Shown here: piece after piece, positions 46,133 to 55,734 of the stretch
Numbering within the stretch: position 1 is the stretch's first letter
Layout of the letters: each line of letters opens with the position of its first letter
Assembly: GCA_046590205.1 (NCBI GenBank)
Contig: JBKJTT010000007.1
Coordinates: 89,700 to 153,699 of the forward strand
Direction: 5' to 3'
Length of the DNA: 64,000 nucleotides
DNA from: Candidatus Kapaibacterium sp.
GTDB lineage: Bacteria > Bacteroidota > Ignavibacteria > Palsa-1295
The notes under the pieces: model-generated
Told to the model about the DNA's origin: nothing
Database searches by the model: none
Seen by the model: the letters and a program-made list of their open reading frames with translations, nothing else
Translations under genes and position numbers: made by a program

Positions 46133-47959
46133 CATTTTGCAGATGTCATAGTTGTTGGCGGTGGCCATGCCGGAATCGAGGCAGCGGCTGCTGTATGGCG
46201 TATGGGGCTGAAGGTTCGGCTCCTCTCTCTGCAATCCCATAAGGTAGGTGAGCTTTCCTGCAATCCCGCCATCGGTGGCACAGCAAAAGGACAGGTCGTA
46301 AAGGAAATAGATGCCCTCGGCGGACTCATGGGAGAAATAACCGATGAGACGCTATTGCATTTCAGGATGCTTAATAAATCCAAGGGCCCGGCGATATGGT
46401 CGCCCCGAGCGCAAGTTTCGAGAAGCCAGTATCCCATCGTCGCCCAAAGAAAACTTAAAGAGTTAGACTCTGATATAATAGTAGAAGCAAACGTCTCGAA
46501 GATCTGGATAGAGGATGGCACTGTACAGGGAGTCGTTTTGGCTGACGGGAAAAAGCTCTCATCGAAGGCAGTAATTATCTGTGCCGGGACATTCCTCAAT
46601 GGCGTCATGCATACCGGGGCAAGCCAGATCATCGGCGGCAGATATGGCGAAGAACCCACGTTTTTGGCTACAGAGCCCGAAGGTGCTCTAAATTTACACA
46701 CGTTTCGACTCAAAACAGGGACTCCGCCGAGGGTATCCCTAAAAAGTATAAACAAGCAGAATCTTGAAGTTCAGGACGGCGACGAGAAGATAACCCCATT
46801 CTCGGTTCGTTCGAAAGTCACGCCGAAGAACAAGATTCATTGTCTGATTACCAATACTTCGGAAATTACACACTCGGAGCTTGCAAAAGGATTTGAGCAG
46901 TCCCCGATGTTCACCGGCAGAATCCAGGGCAAGGGACCGAGATACTGTCCTTCTATAGAAGACAAGGTGACGAGATTCCCGGATAAGACTTCCCATCATA
47001 TATTCCTCGAACCCGAGGAAGAGGATGGTGATACTGTTTATGTCAACGGATTTTCTACGAGCTTGCCGGCAGATGTCCAGCTTAAGGCGCTCAAGACTCT
47101 TCCCGGATTAGAGGATGTCGAGATGCTCCGCCCGGGCTATGCAGTCGAATACGACTACTTCCCGGCGTACCAGCTTTTTCACACACTTGAAAGCAAGCAT
47201 TGCGATGGGCTTTATTTTGCAGGTCAGGTCAATGGCACGTCCGGCTATGAAGAGGCAGGGGCACAGGGAATAATTGCCGGTATAAATGCTGCCTCAAAGA
47301 TAAAGGGTACGCCTGATTTTGTCCTTCGCCGAGACGAGGCATATATTGGTGTCCTCGTTGACGATCTTATTAATAAGCTTCAGGAAGAGCCATACCGCCT
47401 CTTTACTTCTAGCGCGGAATACCGTCTGTTGCTCCGACAGGATAATGCCGATATGCGGCTATCCGAAAAGGCATTCGAGTACGGGCTTATATCCGAAGAA
47501 GAGCTTCGGAAGGTACAAACCAAAGGAGACCTAATCCGCCAGACACTTGATTGGACAGAGCGGGAGAGAATTCTCGTATCGGCTGATCCGGTAGTAAGAA
47601 AGTCAGGCAGAGAGTATTTACGTAGTTCTTCCGCTTCCATAGCAGATTTTATAACCCAATCTACTACAAGAGACGCTTTTCTTGATTCCGTCATTTCTAA
47701 TGACGAGCTTATTACCCTCATCGATACAGAGATAAAGTACGAGGGGTATATTAAGCAGCATCTGAATCAAATAGGTCGGATGAAGCAGAATGAGCTGAAG
47801 TCGATACCGAGACAGTTCAAATTTGACAATCTCAAGGCAATGAGCACGGAAGCAAGGGAAGTACTCCTGAAAGTTCGTCCTGAAACCATCGGGCAGGCAT
47901 CCCGTTTACCCGGTGTTGCCCCTACAGATGTAGCCATTTTAATTGGAGCACTCAACTGA
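46127..47959 (+). CDS. mnmG: tRNA uridine 5-carboxymethylaminomethyl modification enzyme MnmG (GidA)
   Basis: '[15 protein letters not shown]' FAD motif. 610 aa with the typical GidA pattern along its length and a C-terminal helical domain. GTG start. Confidence 0.9.
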   Translation: MEHFADVIVVGGGHAGIEAAAAVWRMGLKVRLLSLQSHKVGELSCNPAIGGTAKGQVVKEIDALGGLMGEITDETLLHFRMLNKSKGPAIWSPRAQVSRSQYPIVAQRKLKELDSDIIVEANVSKIWIEDGTVQGVVLADGKKLSSKAVIICAGTFLNGVMHTGASQIIGGRYGEEPTFLATEPEGALNLHTFRLKTGTPPRVSLKSINKQNLEVQDGDEKITPFSVRSKVTPKNKIHCLITNTSEITHSELAKGFEQSPMFTGRIQGKGPRYCPSIEDKVTRFPDKTSHHIFLEPEEEDGDTVYVNGFSTSLPADVQLKALKTLPGLEDVEMLRPGYAVEYDYFPAYQLFHTLESKHCDGLYFAGQVNGTSGYEEAGAQGIIAGINAASKIKGTPDFVLRRDEAYIGVLVDDLINKLQEEPYRLFTSSAEYRLLLRQDNADMRLSEKAFEYGLISEEELRKVQTKGDLIRQTLDWTERERILVSADPVVRKSGREYLRSSSASIADFITQSTTRDAFLDSVISNDELITLIDTEIKYEGYIKQHLNQIGRMKQNELKSIPRQFKFDNLKAMSTEAREVLLKVRPETIGQASRLPGVAPTDVAILIGALN

Positions 47960-47960
47960 C

Positions 47961-47974
47961 GTTCCACGTGGAAC
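47961..47974. promoter_or_regulatory. 14-bp palindrome GTTCCACGTGGAAC immediately downstream of mnmG stop
   Basis: Second copy of the TTCCACGTGGAA core, 2 bp after the TGA. Confidence 0.5.
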
Positions 47975-48017
47975 AATTGATTTATTGTTATTAAGACTAA
48001 ATATATCATAAATATTT

Positions 48018-48929
48018 TTGAATAATCAACTTTTTAGTGAAATAGAGAAGCTTGCTACAGAGCAACGTAACCCTTCCTCCATGAATTTGGATGAGCTTTC
48101 CACGAAGGCAATTCTCGAGCTGATCAACCGCGAAGACGCAAAAGTCGCCGATGCAGTTCGCGAACAAATCCCGCACATTGAAAATGTATGTGACCGCCTT
48201 GCATCGCTCCTGAAAAATGGCGGGCGTCTTTTTTATGTCGGCGCAGGCACAAGCGGCAGAATGGGTGTCATTGATGCGGCTGAATGCCCACCAACATTTG
48301 GTACGAATCCCGCAATGATACAAGGTATTATTGCAGGCGGCAAGGAAGCCGTCTTCCGTTCGCAAGAAGGCGCGGAAGATGATGAAAAAAAAGGCGCACT
48401 CGAAATATCTCTTCAGCGAGTGAGTGATAAAGATATGGTCATTGGTATTGCTGCCTCGAAGCGTACTCCGTTCGTACTTGGCGCGTTGCAAAAAGCGCAT
48501 GAACTTGGTTCTTTGACGGTGCTCGTGACAACGAATCCGAAAACAGAAGTTGATCATGCATATCTGTTTGAATCTATCTGCCCCGTCGTTGGTCCGGAAG
48601 TAGTGATGGGTTCGACACGTATGAAGTCAGCCGTGGCACAGAAGATGGTGCTTACAATGATAACGACAACAACGATGGTGCTTCTGGGAAAAGTATATGA
48701 GAACATGATGGTTGACTTGCAGCTTACAAATAAAAAACTCACCGAACGCGCAAAGCGTATCATCATGCTTGCAACCGGATGCGAATACCCGAAAGCCGCT
48801 GAACTCCTTGCCACGAGCGGCAACCACGTCAAGACAGCAATCGTCATGCACAAGAAAAACCTATCACCCGACGAAGCAAAGAAGCTTGTAGAGAGTGCAG
48901 ATGGGTTTGTCAAGAGGGCGGTTGAGTAA
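48018..48929 (+). CDS. murQ: N-acetylmuramic acid 6-phosphate etherase
   Basis: SIS-domain protein. 'TEQRNPSSMNLDELST' and 'GGRLFYVGAGTSGRMGVIDAAECPPTFG' match the conserved MurQ N-terminus. Confidence 0.85.
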   Translation: MNNQLFSEIEKLATEQRNPSSMNLDELSTKAILELINREDAKVADAVREQIPHIENVCDRLASLLKNGGRLFYVGAGTSGRMGVIDAAECPPTFGTNPAMIQGIIAGGKEAVFRSQEGAEDDEKKGALEISLQRVSDKDMVIGIAASKRTPFVLGALQKAHELGSLTVLVTTNPKTEVDHAYLFESICPVVGPEVVMGSTRMKSAVAQKMVLTMITTTTMVLLGKVYENMMVDLQLTNKKLTERAKRIIMLATGCEYPKAAELLATSGNHVKTAIVMHKKNLSPDEAKKLVESADGFVKRAVE

Positions 48930-48984
48930 GTTGTAATCATACATGAGTTGAGAGCCTTACTTATCGTATCTTTGCATACCACAA

Positions 48985-50763
48985 ATGGCAGATATATTCA
49001 TATCCTACAGCTCCAAAGACCTCGAGAAGGCGAAGCAACTTACCGAGCTGCTCGGCTCGGTGGGGTTATCTGTATGGATAGATCAAGGAGGGCTTGAGGT
49101 ATCTAATAGTTGGTCGAAGGAGATCGTACAAGCCATTAATGATTGCAAAGCATTTCTCGTCCTGCTGAGTCCTAACTCACTTGAATCACACAACGTGATC
49201 AAAGAAGTATCGCTCGCATCGGAGAAGCGCAAAAAGATACTACCGTTAGAACTTGAACCGATAACACTGACCGATGACTTTGAATATCAGTTAGCCGGTA
49301 TTCATCGTACCTCCATAACGAATATTGACAGCATCATACGTGCACTCGGTAAGCTTGGCTTGGAGGCAGGAAGTGCGATGGACTTTAGTCCGTCCGGTCC
49401 GTCAAAACGACCGGAACGGACTGAAGTCCGTTCTACTGATACCCGAAGGTCGTTAATGATCCTCCCATTCGAAGACCTCTCACCCACAGCAGATAATCAA
49501 TGGTTCGCTGATGGTCTTGCAGCTGAACTCATATCTGCATTATCTAATGTAAAGTCTCTAAAGGTCACTGACCAGCAAACGACGAAAGAGTTTAAGAAAT
49601 ACAATGGACATCTCATAGTTTATGCGAAAGAGATGTCGATTCGTTATTTTATTCAAGGCTCGGTACGGAAGTTCGGTGACCAAATAAAGATAACATCTTC
49701 ACTTCTTGACATAGAAACAGGAGATCATCTCTGGCAAGACTCGCTCAAAGGAACGATGGAAGATATCTTTGATATACAAGAGAAGGTAGCAAAGAAGGTG
49801 GTTGAGGGATTGAAGGTACATCTTGCACCTGAAGAAAAAAAGAAGCTCACAAAACGTGGCACTGAAAATGCGGAGGCATACGAGTTGTTCCTCAAAGGCT
49901 ATGAGTATTATGCCAGCAATACGAAGAACGACTTCGAGCGAGCCCTTGTGCTTTTTGAAGAATCCGTTCGTCTTGATCCTAACTTTGCTCTTGCCCATGC
50001 CGAGAAATCCCTCACGTTGCTAGAGATGTATGCTTTATACAGCCGTACCCCTTCATTCCTTGATCGTGCGGAGCATGCAGCCGAGCGGATACGCGAGATC
50101 GAGGGTGAGACTGCACAATATGCAAGGGTGAGAAGTATTATTGCAGTCCGTCGCGGCGATAATGAAGCAGCCCTTCGTTACGGGAAACGGGCAATTGAGA
50201 TAGATCCTAATTATGCATTGGGTTACGATGCTCTTGGCTTTGCCTATCGGTCTCTTGGAGATCTGCCAGGTGCGGTCAATGCATGGAAGGACAATGTCCG
50301 GCTTCAAGAGAATGACAAGACGGCTCATTTCAATCTGCTTGTTGCACTGAATGAACTCTCTGATGAACCGGAGTATCATGAGGAACTTCGTGAGTCAGCA
50401 AAGCGGGCAATCCCTTTCTTTGAGCGTCATGTAAGACTTAATCCAGATGATTACCATCATCGTGTTAACTTTGCAAATGTACTCCAATGGTCCGACAGAA
50501 TAGAGGAATCACTCCTCGAGGCGGACAAACTTTCGGCTGTAGAGTCGTTGGATGGAATTGCCTGCTACAATCTTGCCTGCCTGTATCTACAGGCATCAGA
50601 TTCGGAGCGTGGTCTTTCTATGCTTCGCCGTTCTGTCGGAAAGGGTTATAGTGATATCGAAGCTTTCCGCCGAGACCCCGACCTCGACCCGCTACGTCGC
50701 ATACCGGAGTTTGAGGAGCTGATGAAGGAGTTGGAGGCGAATATTGAGATGGGGAAAATATGA
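48985..50763 (+). CDS. TIR-domain protein fused to a TolB_N-like middle domain and C-terminal TPR repeats
   Basis: N-terminal 'DIFISYSSKD...VWIDQ...SHNVIKEVSLA' is a TIR_2 pattern including a putative catalytic Glu in the S-x-x-V/C-x-x-E context. Residues ~160-270 (LMILPFEDLSPTADNQWFADGLAAELISALS...IRYFIQGSVRKFGDQIKITSSLLDIETGDHLW) match the TolB_N-like domain common in TPR/cyclase-type signalling proteins. The C-terminal ~300 aa are TPR-like helical repeats. Confidence 0.65.
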   Translation: MADIFISYSSKDLEKAKQLTELLGSVGLSVWIDQGGLEVSNSWSKEIVQAINDCKAFLVLLSPNSLESHNVIKEVSLASEKRKKILPLELEPITLTDDFEYQLAGIHRTSITNIDSIIRALGKLGLEAGSAMDFSPSGPSKRPERTEVRSTDTRRSLMILPFEDLSPTADNQWFADGLAAELISALSNVKSLKVTDQQTTKEFKKYNGHLIVYAKEMSIRYFIQGSVRKFGDQIKITSSLLDIETGDHLWQDSLKGTMEDIFDIQEKVAKKVVEGLKVHLAPEEKKKLTKRGTENAEAYELFLKGYEYYASNTKNDFERALVLFEESVRLDPNFALAHAEKSLTLLEMYALYSRTPSFLDRAEHAAERIREIEGETAQYARVRSIIAVRRGDNEAALRYGKRAIEIDPNYALGYDALGFAYRSLGDLPGAVNAWKDNVRLQENDKTAHFNLLVALNELSDEPEYHEELRESAKRAIPFFERHVRLNPDDYHHRVNFANVLQWSDRIEESLLEADKLSAVESLDGIACYNLACLYLQASDSERGLSMLRRSVGKGYSDIEAFRRDPDLDPLRRIPEFEELMKELEANIEMGKI

Positions 50764-50883
50764 TTAATCCTGTTGATGCTGTTATTATAAGAAGAGAAGA
50801 GAAGAGAACAATAGACATCAATGGATGTAAGTTTATCACATTTATACAAGATTGAAGGAAACTATAAAATTAATTTTATATAA

Positions 50884-51066
50884 AGAAGTCTCGTTGCTGT
50901 TGATGTTCCTGAACACCGCCTCCAAGAAGGTGATATAGCCAATGTTGTTGATTATCTCACCTCCGAGAAGACATACGAGCTTGGCTATGCACTTGAAGTA
51001 TTCAACACTCGTGGCGAAACGGTAGGTGTAGTCTGTAGCGGAATCGGCTGTATAATCTATATCTGA
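50884..51066 (+). pseudogene. DUF4926-like ORF remnant lacking a start codon
   Basis: In-frame translation ...VDVPEHRLQEGDIANVVDYLTSEKTYELGYALEVFNTRGETVGVV... resembles DUF4926 (G.GtIV..y.....YeVEF.d..G.t). There is no ATG/GTG/TTG between the upstream in-frame TAA (50881) and the domain. Confidence 0.3.
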
Positions 51067-51210
51067 TAATGTTGTTTGGCATAAACATAACCTTGTAGAA
51101 GCATAGATAGAGTCGCACTCCTGTGACTTAACCCTTTTCCTTCTTTCCCAAAAAAAACTTTCGATTTTTCTTGCATTTTGGGAAACAATGTATTATATTT
51201 GTACCATAAA

Positions 51211-51225
51211 GTGGGGGGAAGTGGG
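51211..51225 (+). promoter_or_regulatory. MraZ-operator-like direct repeats (GTGGG-N5-GTGGG, 10-bp periodicity) in mraZ leader
   Basis: GTGGGGGGAAGTGGG lies 115 bp upstream of the mraZ ATG. Additional GGGTG/TGGGT-like repeats occur at 51258-51300. Confidence 0.4.
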
Positions 51226-51340
51226 AATATCTACGCTTAATTGTTCAATGTGCTTAGGGTGAGGGGGCAAAGAATCCTGGGCGCTTTGATGTGGGTGTTC
51301 TCCTTTCTCCACTTTTTATTACTTTCTCGGCTTATAACCC

Positions 51341-51796
51341 ATGTCATCATTTAAAGGCAGTGATATTTATGCAGTTGATGCGAAAGGCCGCGTCAGCATT
51401 CCGGCAAAGATGCGCCGAAATATCAGCCCCGAAGCGCGCTCTACGTTCGTCGTTACGCGCGGTATCGAAAAATGTCTCTATGCCTATCCGCTCGATGAAT
51501 GGAAAAACCTTGAAGAAAGTATCAGCCGCCTCAACCAAACAGTTGATAAGGATAGGTTCTACGCGCGAATGCTGATGCAATGGTCCGAAGAACTTACGAT
51601 GGATACGCAGTACCGCTTGCTCGTTCCGCACGGACTGCTCGAATTCGCCGAGATAAAAAAAGAAGTGTATTTTGTCGGTGTGCTCGATCACATCGAGATG
51701 TGGCATCCCGCGAACTTCAAGAAATACCTTGAATCCATGCGCCAAAGCTATGAGTCAGTAGCCGGCGAGGTTCTCGGATTTCAGGATAAGCGATAG
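51341..51796 (+). CDS. mraZ: Transcriptional regulator MraZ
   Basis: Duplicated SpoVT/AbrB-like halves, each with 'DAKGRVSIPA' / 'QYRLLVP' motifs. 151 aa. Confidence 0.9.
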   Translation: MSSFKGSDIYAVDAKGRVSIPAKMRRNISPEARSTFVVTRGIEKCLYAYPLDEWKNLEESISRLNQTVDKDRFYARMLMQWSEELTMDTQYRLLVPHGLLEFAEIKKEVYFVGVLDHIEMWHPANFKKYLESMRQSYESVAGEVLGFQDKR

Positions 51797-51816
51797 CTAA
51801 CGTTCATTGAAAACCG

Positions 51817-52755
51817 GTGGCAAGCGAACATTACCATACGCCGGTTCTACTGGCTGAAGCAGTTGATGCTTTAGTGATAAAAGCTGGTGGTATCTATGTA
51901 GATGCAACACTCGGCGGCGGCGGTTACACTGAAGTCATTGCAGAGCATCTGACTGATGGCAACGTCTATAGCTTTGATACCGACCCGAATGCAATTGCAT
52001 TTGCATCGGAACGGCTTCAGAGGTTTGGCAAAAGAGTGGTCATCGTTCGCGAAAATTTTCGGCTCATTAAAAGCGCACTTGCTGGTCTTGGTATAACAAG
52101 TGTGAACGGCATCGTCTATGACCTCGGTATTTCAAGCCGGCAGATAGATACAACATCTATCGGCTTGAGCTACCGCTTCGAGAGTGAGCTGGATATGCGG
52201 CTCGACCCACGGCTTACGCGGACGGCGAAGGACATCATCGCCAAGTACGAAGAGTACGAGCTAAAAAAAGTGTTTCGCGATTACGGCGAAGAACCGTTCA
52301 GCGGAAGAATTGCAAGGTGGATCGTTGAAGATCGGAAAAAGGGACCAATTGAGACGACGGTCCATCTTGCGCAAGTTGCGACGCGTGGCATTCGTGAAGA
52401 TAAAAAGAGCGCAGTGCTTGCACGTATCTTCCAGGCATTACGCATCGAGGTCAATGATGAACTCGGCGCGCTGCGGCAATCGCTCTTTGGTGCGATGGAA
52501 GTGCTTGCAACGGGCGGACGGCTTGTAGTGGTAAGTTATCATTCGCTTGAAGACCGCATCGTCAAAGAGTTTTTCAATACGCTTGCAAAGCCGCTTACAG
52601 AAGCGGGCTCGGCAAAGTCACTGATGATGGCAATTGATGATGAGAATGCAACGCTCTCTCTTATCACACGAAAGCCCGTCATTGCAGGGGATGAAGAAGT
52701 AGCACGCAACCCGCGAGCGCGAAGCGCAAAGATGCGTGTCGCCGAGAAGCGTTAA
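51817..52755 (+). CDS. rsmH: 16S rRNA (cytosine1402-N4)-methyltransferase RsmH (MraW)
   Basis: 'HTPVLLAEAVDAL', 'YVDATLGGGGY' and 'DLGISSRQID' motifs. Confidence 0.9.
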   Translation: MASEHYHTPVLLAEAVDALVIKAGGIYVDATLGGGGYTEVIAEHLTDGNVYSFDTDPNAIAFASERLQRFGKRVVIVRENFRLIKSALAGLGITSVNGIVYDLGISSRQIDTTSIGLSYRFESELDMRLDPRLTRTAKDIIAKYEEYELKKVFRDYGEEPFSGRIARWIVEDRKKGPIETTVHLAQVATRGIREDKKSAVLARIFQALRIEVNDELGALRQSLFGAMEVLATGGRLVVVSYHSLEDRIVKEFFNTLAKPLTEAGSAKSLMMAIDDENATLSLITRKPVIAGDEEVARNPRARSAKMRVAEKR

Positions 52756-52780
52756 GAAGTTTTTGGTAAGATAATTCGAA

Positions 52781-53215
52781 ATGGCACAACTTGTCATAGC
52801 TCCGAAACTCAAAGATATGTCGCATGGCGCGCTCGGCGCACGGCGTATGACTATGCCACCACGTGATGAGCATGAGGAAGAGCTTTCGTTTGTCCCGACC
52901 GGAACAAATCAAAAGAAGAAACAGGGCGAGACGCTCGAGAAGGTCGTCGGTCGTATTCCGACACTCTATATCATTATCTTCTTCACAGTTTTTACAGGAT
53001 GCGCAGTGCTCATTATCTGGAACACGCTGCAAGTAAACCGTCTGACGCTTGAAAAAGCACGTCTTGAGAGCAAGACGGAACAGACAACACAGCGCATCAT
53101 CAAACTTAAAGCGCAGGAGATGCAGCTCTCCGCGCCGGACCGTATCCGTGAGATAGCCCGGCGTAAACTTGGAATGACAGAAATGACAAGTAGCGATGAA
53201 GTGATCGTACATTAA
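52781..53215 (+). CDS. ftsL: Cell division protein FtsL (long cytoplasmic N-terminus)
   Basis: Single TM 'IPTLYIIIFFTVFTGCAVLIIW' followed by coiled coil and the conserved 'DRIREIARRKLGM' motif. Position between rsmH and ftsI. Confidence 0.6.
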   Translation: MAQLVIAPKLKDMSHGALGARRMTMPPRDEHEEELSFVPTGTNQKKKQGETLEKVVGRIPTLYIIIFFTVFTGCAVLIIWNTLQVNRLTLEKARLESKTEQTTQRIIKLKAQEMQLSAPDRIREIARRKLGMTEMTSSDEVIVH

Positions 53216-53239
53216 AAAGAAGAAAAGGACGCCGCCCCC

Positions 53240-55603
53240 GTGCCCTCAAGTCCGCATACATATAACAATCCGAATCTCGGAAGCTCTGAGCCGTCCGGGA
53301 AATCATTCGCCCACCAATCGGGTGCAGAAGAACCGTTACGTCCTTTCAAAACTTCCGGCGGAAGGTCATTCACTCCGAACCAACAAGAACCCCCAAAAGA
53401 AAAATGGCATGAGCGTTTTATCCAACGCTTCTTTGCTACACCCCAAACGCGGGACCCGATGACTGCCAACGGACGACTCTATATTGTCCTTGCATTCTTT
53501 CTTATCGGATTCTCTGCTGTCATTGGTAAACTTTTCAAAGTTCAGGTTCTCGATCACGATGAACTCTCCGAGCAAGCTGCAAGTCAGTACCGTTCACAAG
53601 TGATACTGCCTGCTCGTCGCGGAGTGATTCGCGACCGTAACGGTGTCATCCTTGCGACGAATGCATTCGTCGTGAAGCTTGCCGTTGACCCGCAGGAGAT
53701 AAAAGATAAACCCGCACTTGCCGAAGCATTCTCAAAGCTGTTTGGTAAACCGAAGGAAGATTATCTCAAGGTACTTCAGGATACTTCTCGGAGATATATC
53801 GTCCTCGAAAAAGAAGTACCACAGGAAATAGCAAAGAAGCTTGACTACATCAAAGAACGCGGACTTCTTCGCGAGACGGAGATGCGCCGCCACTATGCCT
53901 TCAGTGAGCGTGGCTCGCATATTCTCGGCTTCTCAAGCAAGGACGGGCGAGGGCTTGCCGGCATTGAAATGTATGCCGATAAAATCCTTCGCGGCACTGA
54001 CGGCATCGCCGCTATGCAACGAGACGGCAAAGGCAGATCACGACCGGATGTTGACTATGACCAGCTCCCTGCATCAAACGGTGACGACTTAACTCTGACA
54101 ATAGACGAACGCATTCAATCACGAACCGAATCAGCGTTACGTAAAGGAATAGAACGAGCGAATGCAGCGGCGGGAATTGCTATCGTCATGGATCCGCGCA
54201 CAGGAGAAATTCTTGCGATGGCGAACATGCCGGATTTCAGTCCGAATGATTTCTTCTCTGCCTCGAACGAGATGCTTCGCAACCGTGCCATCACGGATGC
54301 ATTCGAGCCGGGTTCAACGATGAAGGTACTAACGGCAGCGATTGCACTTGAAGAAAAAGCATTCAAGTCAACCGATAAGATAAATGCAGAAGGCGGCACA
54401 TGGGCTATCGAAGGCGGAGCGAAGATAAAAGATACGCATCCTTATGGTATGCTTACCTTCCGTCAGTCATTAGAGAAATCAAGCAATGTCTGTTTTGCAA
54501 AAATATCTGATAAGATCGAGCGCAGAAAGTTTTATAAGTATATGCGTGATTTCGGATTTGGTGTGTATTCGGGTGTTGATCTTCCCGGTGAGATCAAAGG
54601 ATACTTACGCAAACCTGATAAGTGGGATTACAACGGAAAACGCTACATCTCATTTGGATATGCAATGACGGCAACACCGATACAAATGGCAGCGGCATTT
54701 GCGGCTATCGCTAATGATGGTGTAATGATGAAGCCGTATCTTATAGCAAAGCGAACCAATTCAAAAGGTGAAGTAACCCAGATACAGCCACAGGAGATTC
54801 GCCGCATAGTCAGCCCGGAGACTGCGCAAGAAGTACGAAGCATCTTAAAAGGAGCCGTTGATTCAGGCACAGGCACATCCACACGTATCAAAGGTGTATC
54901 TATCGGCGGAAAGACAGGCACAGCTCAGCAGCTTGTTAACGGCAGATATTCAAAAGAACATTACACATCAAGTTTTATCGGGTTCTTTCCGGCAGAGAAA
55001 CCAGAGTATGAAATACTGGTGATGCTTCGCTCGCCGCGCAATGGTTACTATGGCGGAGCGGTCAGTGCGCCTATCTTCCGCGAGATAGCAATGTCTATAC
55101 TCGATATGGAAGGCAAACTTCCTATCGAAGCACGGACGAATGAACCCCTCATGGCTAGCAACATACCTGTTGAGGGAGGGGATATTGAGATCGAGGGTAC
55201 AATCATGTATGATCGGGCTGAAACATCAGAACGTGAACTCCCCGATGTTCGCGGGCTTGGTACTGATGCGGCGCGCTCCATCCTTGCAAGTCAGGGCTTT
55301 GCTATTGTAGGCAAGCCACAGCAAGGTATCGTTGAGCGCATTCAAAAGTTTAGTGGTGATTCTGTGGGGTTAGTAATTCGCGCACAATCCAAACGTGACG
55401 GCACAGGTGCTCTTGCATTGCAGGAGCTGACCGCGCCCGATCTTGTCGGGATGCCGATGGCTCGTGCGATGAAGTACGCTACCTCACTTGGTATTAGGGT
55501 GACGTTCTCGGGTGATGGCTCGGCTGTGGTAACGCAGACGCCGGTAGCTGGTTCGCCGCTTGATGTCAAGAATCCCATGATGACGCTCTCGGGCAAAGAA
55601 TAA
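53240..55603 (+). CDS. ftsI: Peptidoglycan D,D-transpeptidase FtsI/PBP with C-terminal PASTA domains
   Basis: TM anchor, dimerisation domain, and transpeptidase motifs STMK ('PGSTMKVLTAA'), SSN ('SSNVCF') and KTG ('GKTGTAQ'). The C-terminal ~130 aa have two PASTA-like repeats. The true start may be the Met at 53459. Confidence 0.85.
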   Translation: MPSSPHTYNNPNLGSSEPSGKSFAHQSGAEEPLRPFKTSGGRSFTPNQQEPPKEKWHERFIQRFFATPQTRDPMTANGRLYIVLAFFLIGFSAVIGKLFKVQVLDHDELSEQAASQYRSQVILPARRGVIRDRNGVILATNAFVVKLAVDPQEIKDKPALAEAFSKLFGKPKEDYLKVLQDTSRRYIVLEKEVPQEIAKKLDYIKERGLLRETEMRRHYAFSERGSHILGFSSKDGRGLAGIEMYADKILRGTDGIAAMQRDGKGRSRPDVDYDQLPASNGDDLTLTIDERIQSRTESALRKGIERANAAAGIAIVMDPRTGEILAMANMPDFSPNDFFSASNEMLRNRAITDAFEPGSTMKVLTAAIALEEKAFKSTDKINAEGGTWAIEGGAKIKDTHPYGMLTFRQSLEKSSNVCFAKISDKIERRKFYKYMRDFGFGVYSGVDLPGEIKGYLRKPDKWDYNGKRYISFGYAMTATPIQMAAAFAAIANDGVMMKPYLIAKRTNSKGEVTQIQPQEIRRIVSPETAQEVRSILKGAVDSGTGTSTRIKGVSIGGKTGTAQQLVNGRYSKEHYTSSFIGFFPAEKPEYEILVMLRSPRNGYYGGAVSAPIFREIAMSILDMEGKLPIEARTNEPLMASNIPVEGGDIEIEGTIMYDRAETSERELPDVRGLGTDAARSILASQGFAIVGKPQQGIVERIQKFSGDSVGLVIRAQSKRDGTGALALQELTAPDLVGMPMARAMKYATSLGIRVTFSGDGSAVVTQTPVAGSPLDVKNPMMTLSGKE

Positions 55604-55734
55604 GACACTTTGAGTCTTTTATCATTCATTTGGATGAGAAAAGACGGAAGCTGTTACTTGTGATCGCGTCCGAGTTAGCCGAATACGTACGAATTATATG
55701 AACGGATTCGGAGAAAAGCATCGTTCTTTGACAA

